From: an uncultured SAR86 cluster bacterium | GTDB lineage: Bacteria; Pseudomonadota; Gammaproteobacteria; Magnimaribacterales; D2472 | Assembly: GCA_902547295.1 (NCBI GenBank) | Contig: CACCNJ010000004.1 | Span: 18,575 to 82,574, forward strand | DNA length: 64,000 nucleotides | Direction: 5' to 3' | Program-made: the position numbers and the translations under genes | Notes under the pieces: model-generated | Seen by the model: the letters and a program-made list of their open reading frames with translations, nothing else | Told to the model about the DNA's origin: nothing | The model's database searches: none | Part shown: piece by piece, positions 40,502 through 48,382 of the stretch | Numbering within the stretch: position 1 is the first letter of the stretch | Layout: each line of letters starts with the position of its first letter

Positions 40502-41353
40502 ATGAATAACTATGTTTTATATGGATATGGTGAGTCTGTTGCATCTAATGTTGTAAGACTTGCCTTAGCAGAAAAAAATATATCTTACGACTACAAATTA
40601 TTATATCTAGAATCAAGAGGTGATCATCTTAAGGCTGATTATAAAAAGTTAAATCCAAAGACTCTTCTTCCAACACTTACTGTGAATGAAAAGCCAATAT
40701 CTGAAAGTATTGATATTATGAGATTTATTGATAATGAACATACTGATCAGGGCTCAACATTATTTCCAAAAAATCAAGATGAAGAATTTGATAATTTATT
40801 AGATTACTTATTTCTTGATGACACAAAAGAATTAGGTGAAACATTTGGAACAACTGGTGGAGGTATATCGGTTCCTGTTCTTGCTAAGTTGTTATGCAAA
40901 AGATCTTTTTTTTCAGTTTTATGGGATTATTTAAAAAATCACGGAGTTAGCAAAAGAAAATTTATTTTTGTTATGGTTAGATATTTTGGCGGACCACCTC
41001 CAGGCCTATATGAGAAAATGATGTACTTTTTAGCTAAACATTTGGTCTACACAGAAAATTACTTAAATCATGGAAAAACTTATATATATGGTAATGATTA
41101 CACTGCAGCTGATTGCCTTTTAACACCATTATTACACAGAGTTAATGAGATGAGATTTCATGGTGTGTTTGATGGTAGTAAATTTCCTAACTTATCAAGA
41201 TATTGGGATACCATATCTAATAGACCAAGTTATAAGGAAGCAATTATTAATTATGAAACTGGTGAATGGAAACCAGTATTAGAGGACTTATACGGTGATG
41301 GGCCTAACTTGTATAATGATTTATTATGGTCTGAAATAGAAAAAATTAGATAG
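40502..41353 (+). CDS. Glutathione S-transferase family protein
   Basis: SVASNVVRLALAEK, LNPKTLLPTL, ESIDIMRFID, YTAAD, PNLSRYW...RPS. Confidence 0.85.
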   Translation: MNNYVLYGYGESVASNVVRLALAEKNISYDYKLLYLESRGDHLKADYKKLNPKTLLPTLTVNEKPISESIDIMRFIDNEHTDQGSTLFPKNQDEEFDNLLDYLFLDDTKELGETFGTTGGGISVPVLAKLLCKRSFFSVLWDYLKNHGVSKRKFIFVMVRYFGGPPPGLYEKMMYFLAKHLVYTENYLNHGKTYIYGNDYTAADCLLTPLLHRVNEMRFHGVFDGSKFPNLSRYWDTISNRPSYKEAIINYETGEWKPVLEDLYGDGPNLYNDLLWSEIEKIR

Positions 41354-41363
41354 GAGATTATTT

Positions 41364-42455
41364 ATGACAGAACCAATTTGTAAAGTAGCAGATATTATTT
41401 ATGTTAGGTTTGAACTTACAGAGTTCGAAGAACAGAAAAAGTACTTTGATCATTTTGGGTTGATGCTCGCATATGAAGATGAAAATAGTATTTTTTTTAG
41501 AGGTTCTGGAACTGCGCCTTATGCATATGTTGCAACTAAAGGTAAAGAAAATAAATACATTGGAACAGCATATAAGGCTAATGAGTACTCTGACTTAGAA
41601 GCATTATCAAAAGAATTTAATGTTGATATTATTGAAAATACTGAGCCTGGTGGTGGCCATAAAGTAACCGTAATAGATCCTGACGGTATTGAAGTTGAAG
41701 TATGCCACGGAATGACGCCTGCTGAACCAGTAGCAGTTGTATCTAAAGTTTTAAATACAGGTCAATCAAAACAAAGAGAAAACGAACTTCAACGTTTTGG
41801 AAAAGCTGCTGATGAATGGCAGGTTGAAGGAGATAAGTGGGTATATAAACTTAAATCTAATGTGAAAAGACTAGGACACACTGCAATTAACTGTAGGGAT
41901 GCCAAAGCATCAGTAGATTGGTATTCTCGTGTTTTAGGCTTCCTAGTAAGTGATGATGTTTTAGGCCCAGATGGTAATTCAATTGGAGCTTTTATGAGAT
42001 GTGATCAAGGAGATAAACCTGTAGATCATCATACTCTTAATAACATTCAACTTCCTGGTGATAACTATCCTGGTCCTTATGGCCATTCTGGTTATGAGGT
42101 TACCGACTCTGTAGATGATTTAATGGCTGGCCATTATCATATGAAGACTATTGATGAGTATTATCATGAATGGGGAGTTGGAAGACATCTTTTGGGAAGT
42201 CAAATGTATGATTATTGGAGAGATACTCATGGTTTTACACATGAACATTGGACAGACGGCGATCTGTTGGATGCAAGTATACCTGAAAACAAAGCGTCGT
42301 TTAGAGATGTTGTTATGGCTCAATATGGACCAACTCCACCAATAACATTTGGTGTAACATTGCCTGTTGACCAAATAGATAAAGTTAGAGCAGAGCAACC
42401 AACGCTTCCTGACCTAATTAAAGAAATGGAAATCGCTGCTAAGAAAGGAGCATAA
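41364..42455 (+). CDS. Two-domain VOC extradiol-type dioxygenase, 2,4,5-trihydroxytoluene oxygenase (DntD)-like
   Basis: RLGH, VDHHT and HEWGVGRHLLGSQMYDYWRD..GFTHEHWTDGD, the signature of the THT-oxygenase C-terminal domain (His/His/Glu metal ligands). Confidence 0.8.
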   Translation: MTEPICKVADIIYVRFELTEFEEQKKYFDHFGLMLAYEDENSIFFRGSGTAPYAYVATKGKENKYIGTAYKANEYSDLEALSKEFNVDIIENTEPGGGHKVTVIDPDGIEVEVCHGMTPAEPVAVVSKVLNTGQSKQRENELQRFGKAADEWQVEGDKWVYKLKSNVKRLGHTAINCRDAKASVDWYSRVLGFLVSDDVLGPDGNSIGAFMRCDQGDKPVDHHTLNNIQLPGDNYPGPYGHSGYEVTDSVDDLMAGHYHMKTIDEYYHEWGVGRHLLGSQMYDYWRDTHGFTHEHWTDGDLLDASIPENKASFRDVVMAQYGPTPPITFGVTLPVDQIDKVRAEQPTLPDLIKEMEIAAKKGA

Positions 42456-42459
42456 CAAT

Positions 42460-43122
42460 ATGATTGAATTTACAGACGATCAGAAGAAAGCTATTGCTGC
42501 TGCTCAAGAGAAATTCACTGATTTAAAAGATAAAGTTGATAGTCTATCTGATGATCAATTAAATTTATTGTTTGGTGAAGCCAGAAGTATGAATGGTTGG
42601 CAGGATAAAGATGTATCTGATGATATCTTAAATCAATTATATTCACTAACTAAAATGGGACCAACAAGTACAAATTGTTGTCCTGCTAGATTTATTTTTA
42701 TTAAATCAGATGAACAGAAAGAGTTAATTAAAGAGGCACTATTACCTAATAACGTAGATAAATGCATGTCTGCACCTGTTATAGCTATCATTGGTTATGA
42801 TTTAGATTTTTCTGATCATATGGGCAAGCTTTTCCCACATATGGACGTTGCTCCAATGTATAAGGGGAATCCTGATATGAACTTATCAACTGCATTTAGG
42901 AACTCTAGTCTTCAAGGGGCTTATATGATGATGGTTGCTAGAGCTATTGGCTTAGATTGTGGTCCCATGTCAGGCTTTAATAATGACTTAGTTGATGAAA
43001 TATTCTTTAAAGACACTAATATAAAATCTAATTTTCTTTGTTGTTTAGGTTATGGTGATCCTTCAAAAATATTTATGAGATTACCTAGATTTGAGTTTGA
43101 TGAGGTTTGTAAAATTATTTAA
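42460..43122 (+). CDS. Nitroreductase-superfamily flavoprotein, HadB/RutE subfamily
   Basis: GPTSTNCCPARF, AFRNSSLQGAY, GLDCGPMSGF, LGYGD, RLPRFEF. Confidence 0.88.
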   Translation: MIEFTDDQKKAIAAAQEKFTDLKDKVDSLSDDQLNLLFGEARSMNGWQDKDVSDDILNQLYSLTKMGPTSTNCCPARFIFIKSDEQKELIKEALLPNNVDKCMSAPVIAIIGYDLDFSDHMGKLFPHMDVAPMYKGNPDMNLSTAFRNSSLQGAYMMMVARAIGLDCGPMSGFNNDLVDEIFFKDTNIKSNFLCCLGYGDPSKIFMRLPRFEFDEVCKII

Positions 43123-43128
43123 TTATCT

Positions 43129-43983
43129 TTAGAAATCTACAAGATCTGTGAGATATTTACCTTTCAATTTATTATAAATTTTTAATATAAACTTGGTTAT
43201 TTTCAGTAAAAATATTGGGTTAGCTTCTTTATTAAAATTATTGTCTTTATCTAATTTATCGAACCAATTTTTAACGTTTTTATATTTATCTATTGGAATA
43301 CCGGCTGCATATAAACGTTTTGTAGAAACATACCATGCTAAGTCAACAATCGTAAACTCATCTCCTTTAAGAAAGTTTTGATTTTTTAAGATAGTATCAA
43401 ATTTTGAATATATATCTTTAAATTTATTTCCACTTTCAATAACTTCATCGTCTGTAATGCCATGATCATAATGTTTTTTCCAAAAAGATATTTCTTTTTC
43501 TTTATAAGCATCACTTTGTCCTTGAATAGTTCCATCATGTGATTCTTTAAAATCAATTTTTCTAGGATCTTTTTTACCAAGAATATGAGGTACTAGATAT
43601 CTGAATGTTAATCTTCTAAGATCAAAATGTAAGCTGTCCTCATAATCTAAGTCTTTTTTAATATCATCAATTAAATTTGTCGGAAATAATTTTGTGTTTG
43701 GAAACTCTTGATCTAAGTATGTCATTATATCGTTACTTTCAATATGAACATCACCATTATGAACTAGAGTCGGTACTAATCCTCTTGGATTTATTCCAAG
43801 ATACCATTCTGAGAATTGATCTCCTTTTATAAGATTAACTTCATGGGAGACCCAATCAATATTTTTATAATTTAAAAAAATTCTTAATTTTTGTGAACAA
43901 GCTGAGCCTTGAAAATGAAATAAATGAACACCTTTCCATTCCAATACTTCGGTTGTTTTAATATCAAGCTTATCTAGTTTCAT
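43129..43983 (-). CDS. Glutathione S-transferase family protein (SxCS type)
   Basis: LFHFQGSACSQKLR, INPRGLVPTL, ESNDIMTYLD, FTIVDLAW. Confidence 0.87.
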   Translation of the reverse strand: MKLDKLDIKTTEVLEWKGVHLFHFQGSACSQKLRIFLNYKNIDWVSHEVNLIKGDQFSEWYLGINPRGLVPTLVHNGDVHIESNDIMTYLDQEFPNTKLFPTNLIDDIKKDLDYEDSLHFDLRRLTFRYLVPHILGKKDPRKIDFKESHDGTIQGQSDAYKEKEISFWKKHYDHGITDDEVIESGNKFKDIYSKFDTILKNQNFLKGDEFTIVDLAWYVSTKRLYAAGIPIDKYKNVKNWFDKLDKDNNFNKEANPIFLLKITKFILKIYNKLKGKYLTDLVDF

Positions 43984-43992
43984 TTAAAAAAA

Positions 43993-45546
43993 TTATTTAG
44001 ATGCTTTAAGCTTTCTGATTGAAAATATTACAGCAGTTAACAAAAGGATAAATCCAATAAAATAATATTTAAAAGCGAGAATCATAACCCAAACTATAAT
44101 GAAAAAACTTTTAGTTGGAGAAGGGTATTCACTTATATCATAGTCCATTTCAAGCCAAGGTGACCCAATTACAGGACCTCCCTCAGTGTCTCCATAGTTA
44201 TAAAAGTGTGCTGGGTCAATTATTGGAATTACTTCCCTTTGTTTCATGTCCATCATAGTTTCTTTCATTGAGTTAAAAACCTCTACTTCAATCTCAGACA
44301 AATCCTTTGTTTCAAATGGATCATCATTTACATTGAATAATGAATAAGTTCCTTCTACATCAAGCATTACTGGTTTTCGAAAATGCAACTTCCATTCATC
44401 GTTAAATAAAGCTCGTTCATCAAATACGATTTTTGCTCCAACAAAATCATTATTTGGTGCTATAAGATCACCAGTTATTAAACTTTGCCATTTGTCAGTT
44501 CCATCAAAGGTTATCTTATCGCTTACTTCTATTTCTGCTGCAGATAACAAGGTTGGAAGTAGATCCTGAACAAATATATATTGATCGCTTTTTGAGTTAT
44601 CTAAAACTCCTTTCCACATTATACTTGCAGGAACTCTTATGCCTCCTTCATGTGCAGAACTTTTACTTCCACGGAGTCCAGCTGTACTCCCTCTGGAATG
44701 GGTCAAGCCTGGTGCTAATACAGCAACGACAGGGTTTATATCAAATACTGGACCATTATCACTAAAAAAAACAATTATTGTTTCTTCTAATATTCCTTGA
44801 TCTTCAATTGTATGAATTATTTTTCCAATCTCAGTATCCAAAGCATTAACATTTGCTGCATATGCTCTATCCAGTGGATCTTCAATATAACTAAATAATT
44901 CTATATTCTTTTCAGGAGCCTGAATTGGAGTGTGGGGTGCGTTAAAAGCAACATAAAGAAAAAGGGGTCGATTTGGATCTTTGTTTTCAATAATTCTAAT
45001 TGCTTCATTTGCTATAAGCTCAGTTGAATAACCATCTTCATATAGAGGCTCCTCGTTTCTATGCCAATCTAATCTTGATGAATGTACATGGTCAAAGTAT
45101 CCAATCCCTCCAAGCATGTGGCCATAACTTTGATCAAAACCTCTGTTTGTAGGCCAATATTCTTTCAAATGAAGTCCCAAATGCCATTTACCTGAGAGGG
45201 CTGTTTGATAGCCTGCTTCTTTGAAAAACTGAGGCATTATTTTTAAATCTGCCGGCAGCCCATATTGCTCTGCAGTTGGATTTGCCAAGGGTCTAATAAT
45301 GCCATGATTAAATATATGAAGACCTGTTAACAATGATGCTCTTGTCGGACTACAAACAGGACTTGCGTAAAATCTGTTGAGTTCAAGACCATTTTTAGCT
45401 AATGCATCTATGTTTGGGGTTGGAATATGTCCTCCATGATATGAGACATCACCCCAGCCCATATCGTCTGTGAGTATGATAATTACATTTGGCTTGGAGT
45501 GAATGTTTGCACTTAAAAGCAACATTATTAATATTAATATTTTCAT
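43993..45546 (-). CDS. Exported arylsulfatase (S1, Cys-type) with C-terminal membrane anchor
   Basis: Signal peptide, PNVIIILTDDMG, CSPTRASLLTG, GKWHLG, NAPHTP, FSDNG, EGGIRVP. Hydrophobic C-terminus followed by basic residues. Confidence 0.92.
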   Translation of the reverse strand: MKILILIMLLLSANIHSKPNVIIILTDDMGWGDVSYHGGHIPTPNIDALAKNGLELNRFYASPVCSPTRASLLTGLHIFNHGIIRPLANPTAEQYGLPADLKIMPQFFKEAGYQTALSGKWHLGLHLKEYWPTNRGFDQSYGHMLGGIGYFDHVHSSRLDWHRNEEPLYEDGYSTELIANEAIRIIENKDPNRPLFLYVAFNAPHTPIQAPEKNIELFSYIEDPLDRAYAANVNALDTEIGKIIHTIEDQGILEETIIVFFSDNGPVFDINPVVAVLAPGLTHSRGSTAGLRGSKSSAHEGGIRVPASIMWKGVLDNSKSDQYIFVQDLLPTLLSAAEIEVSDKITFDGTDKWQSLITGDLIAPNNDFVGAKIVFDERALFNDEWKLHFRKPVMLDVEGTYSLFNVNDDPFETKDLSEIEVEVFNSMKETMMDMKQREVIPIIDPAHFYNYGDTEGGPVIGSPWLEMDYDISEYPSPTKSFFIIVWVMILAFKYYFIGFILLLTAVIFSIRKLKASK

Positions 45547-46130
45547 TTCTTAATAATTTTCTTAAGTCCAGATTCTCTTGCTTCAAAAAAGAATTTCATA
45601 AAAACTTTTTTATCATTTGCAGACATCTCTAACACTTCATCAATATACTTTTCCATTGAAGCCAAGCCAAATTCAACAACCATAGCTATTGCCACAGCTG
45701 ATTTAATTTCAGAATTTGGTTTTTTTAAATTTTTTAATTTTGTAAGTTGTTCAAGTGTGTTTCTTGAAACAGATAAATTTGAATCTATTTGAACTCTTAC
45801 TAAATCCATTTGATCATCAAGTACAGCTCTTATAACTGCTTTGAAGTAATCGTCAGTTATAGTTGATAGGGGTTCGTCTCCAAGATTAGTGGGAGATACA
45901 TTTCTCCTTTCTAATTGTTGAACATGTTCAAATGCCAATTGTTTGTAGGTTGCAATTAATAAACCTTTTTTTCCACCAAAATAATGATGAATTTGAGCAT
46001 GATTTACACCAGCATGGTCAGCAATGTCTCTAATAGTGAGTTGATTTGGGCCTACCGATCCAACAAGATATGATGCAGAATCTATCAGACGCTTTTCAAC
46101 ATTTTTTCTACCTCTTTTATTATCTGCCAT
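45543..46130 (-). CDS. TetR-family transcriptional regulator
   Basis: HTH motif LTIRDIADHAGVNHAQIHHYFGGKKGLL. Start placed at MADNKRGR (46130). Confidence 0.9.
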   Translation of the reverse strand: MADNKRGRKNVEKRLIDSASYLVGSVGPNQLTIRDIADHAGVNHAQIHHYFGGKKGLLIATYKQLAFEHVQQLERRNVSPTNLGDEPLSTITDDYFKAVIRAVLDDQMDLVRVQIDSNLSVSRNTLEQLTKLKNLKKPNSEIKSAVAIAMVVEFGLASMEKYIDEVLEMSANDKKVFMKFFFEARESGLKKIIKK

Positions 46131-46143
46131 TTTTATATGAATA

Positions 46144-47724
46144 TTAATCCTTAAAAAACTCTCCTTTGAGTTTTGTAATAAGTTTATCAATATTATTAAT
46201 AATATCTACATTATCCACACAACCATATATATGTTGATCTGGTCGAATTATTGCAACAGATATATTATTTTCTTTAGCCCAATTACAAATCTTTTTATCT
46301 TGATTAAATTTATTATCTTCTGTCATTAGATGAATATTATTCTCAAAAATTTTTGCTGATTCTAAATTTTTAATTTCATTGAATACATTTGAATCATTTT
46401 CAAATAGTAAAATTCCAAAATTGTTGCCAAGATATTGATCAAATAATTTATTATCAACTTTAATATCAAGGGAAGGGTGAGGAATAATTACACCATTAAC
46501 ATCATTAGGGAATAGATCATTATCAATCATTCCATTTTTAATTTTCCATGGCTTCTGAAATTTTAAAGGTTTTAGAAGTTTTGGTATATAACTAGCAACA
46601 TTAAGATAAATGTCTCTTAAGGTTGCTGTTAACCAATCTTGACTTCCAATTATATCGCCTTGTTTCATTGCGCCTTTTATTACAAAATCTACAATTCCTT
46701 TTCTTTCTAATGAATATGTATTAAGAATTTCTTTATTAAAAATGTTATTCATTACGCCTGACAATTTCCAACATAAGTTATATGAATCCTTTATACCTTG
46801 GCATAGACCTTGTCCTAAAAACGGAGGCATTTGATGGGCAGCATCACCTAAAAGAAAACAATTATTAAATTTAAAATTTTTTGCTAATAGGCCATGAAAT
46901 GTATAAGCACTAGATCTTAACAACTTACCACTATTCAGTGGAATTTCTGGATTTAGCCTCCAAAGATGTGGCTTCATCATTTTACGTATATTTTTTTCGT
47001 CTTCTAATGTCGCTAAATTATCATCAGGATTAACCTTAAATTCCCATCTTACGTGTTGTCCTGTTATTGGAACAATTGTTGTTGGTCTCTTATAGTCACA
47101 TATCTGATATCGATCAGTGTTAATCTTATATTTATCATCTACCTGATAATCTACAACCACCCAATCTTGGTCACATTTATAATCAAATGATTCTATATTT
47201 AATGCCTTTCTAACAAAACTATTAGCACCATCACAAGCTAAAACATAGTTACTTGTTATATATTCATTTTCTTCGTTGTTTATATTTAATAAAGTTAAAT
47301 TATTAATAGATTCTTGAGCATCAATATTTGTTAACTTATAGCCAAGTTTTATATCAATATTATTATGTTTAATAGCTTCACTTCTTAAAAAATTTTCAAA
47401 TATAGGTTGATTAAAGAAAACACTCTCATCATAACCATTAATTGGCTCATCAAGCTTAAGATTAATATTTACAATTGATTTACCTTTATTATTTAAAAAA
47501 TTAATTCCTTCCATTGGATGAATAATTTTTGAAATTTCACCCATAAAGCCCATTGTTTGAAATATTCTTTGAGTTTGTCCATCAAAATGAACAGCCCTTG
47601 GAATATCCCAAATTTCTTTTTTTGGTTCTATTACAATTGTATTGAAACCTTTTTGTCCAAATAAATTTGCTGTTACAGCACCGACAGGACCATAACCTAT
47701 AATTGCAATATCATAATTTTTCAT
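46144..47724 (-). CDS. FAD-dependent phenolic monooxygenase, MhpA-like
   Basis: GYGPVG, PRAVHFD, FNQP..E, CDGANS.VR, RWEF, GDAAHQMPPFLGQGLCQGIKD, IIRPD. Confidence 0.9.
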   Translation of the reverse strand: MKNYDIAIIGYGPVGAVTANLFGQKGFNTIVIEPKKEIWDIPRAVHFDGQTQRIFQTMGFMGEISKIIHPMEGINFLNNKGKSIVNINLKLDEPINGYDESVFFNQPIFENFLRSEAIKHNNIDIKLGYKLTNIDAQESINNLTLLNINNEENEYITSNYVLACDGANSFVRKALNIESFDYKCDQDWVVVDYQVDDKYKINTDRYQICDYKRPTTIVPITGQHVRWEFKVNPDDNLATLEDEKNIRKMMKPHLWRLNPEIPLNSGKLLRSSAYTFHGLLAKNFKFNNCFLLGDAAHQMPPFLGQGLCQGIKDSYNLCWKLSGVMNNIFNKEILNTYSLERKGIVDFVIKGAMKQGDIIGSQDWLTATLRDIYLNVASYIPKLLKPLKFQKPWKIKNGMIDNDLFPNDVNGVIIPHPSLDIKVDNKLFDQYLGNNFGILLFENDSNVFNEIKNLESAKIFENNIHLMTEDNKFNQDKKICNWAKENNISVAIIRPDQHIYGCVDNVDIINNIDKLITKLKGEFFKD

Positions 47725-47731
47725 AGTAAAT

Positions 47732-47773
47732 AGTTTATGAGTTGATTTATTTTAGTCAAGTGGATAGGATATT
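47732..47773. promoter_or_regulatory. Divergent promoter pair with operator candidate, copy 3 (TAGTCAAGTGGATA, 47753-47766)
   Basis: Plus strand: TTGATT (47742)-17-TAGGAT (47765). Minus strand: TTGACT (47759-47754)-16-TAAACT (47737-47732), 7 nt before the monooxygenase ATG. Confidence 0.6.
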
Positions 47774-47807
47774 ATGTTTAAATCAGTTAAAGATTGGGAG
47801 AAATAAA

Positions 47808-48221
47808 ATGGTCGAATTTGAAATTAGTAATAACTTCTCTATTGGATTTATAGGGCGGGTAATGTTTATGTTTGCCATGTTATTCTTGTTATGGATGGTG
47901 TTTAAAGCTATTGCTTTAGCTCACGAAAGAGGTTCAAATTTATTTCAAAAAATACTTGGAACAACAATTTCTGGATGTGTTTTGATTTTTAATTTATTAG
48001 CATGGAATAGATTTCCAGCATTCTTCAACAATTGGGCTTACAGTTTGTCTCAATTAGACTCTTTGAGTCCAGGTGGACAAAGGTTTGTAGATAATATGGA
48101 GCCTACTGGCTATCTTGACGCAGGATTAGTACCCTCTGATCCAGTAAGCACAGTTTTTTGGCTTGGCATAGCCATTGCTCTATTGATGGGAATATGGACA
48201 GCTCCTAAGCCTAAAGCTTAA
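47808..48221 (+). CDS. Hypothetical 3-TM membrane protein (paralog of the gene at 63767)
   Basis: SD GGGAG, then ATG at 47808 (MVEFEISNNFSIGFIG...). Three hydrophobic segments and a basic C-terminus. Confidence 0.7.
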   Translation: MVEFEISNNFSIGFIGRVMFMFAMLFLLWMVFKAIALAHERGSNLFQKILGTTISGCVLIFNLLAWNRFPAFFNNWAYSLSQLDSLSPGGQRFVDNMEPTGYLDAGLVPSDPVSTVFWLGIAIALLMGIWTAPKPKA

Positions 48222-48320
48222 ATAAAAGCCTTTAGAGCGGTCTTTTAAAATTTAAAATCTTAATTATTTTCAAGGCAAACATATTTAAGATATTATCCTT
48301 TCTTAGTATATAGTTAATGG

Positions 48321-48353
48321 GTTGATTTATTTTAGTCAACTGGTTAGGATATT
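48321..48353 (+). repeat. 33-bp direct repeat of 47741-47773: promoter plus operator candidate, copy 4 (TAGTCAACTGGTTA)
   Basis: gttgatttattttagtcaa[c/g]tgg[t/a]taggatatt, 31 of 33 nt identical. Contains TTGATT-17-TAGGAT. Confidence 0.8.
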
Positions 48354-48382
48354 TAGACCAACTTATTATAAAGGGGAGTTTT

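Noticed and set aside
42460-43122. RutE-like gene as evidence for a rut pyrimidine-degradation operon
   Set aside because: No rutA/B/C/D/F/G genes are nearby. The aromatic ring-cleavage context favours a quinone or semialdehyde reductase role.
47741-48353. 33-bp direct repeats considered as a CRISPR array or IS/att ends
   Set aside because: Only two copies 580 bp apart, with no cas, transposase or integrase gene. They are better explained as promoter/operator copies.
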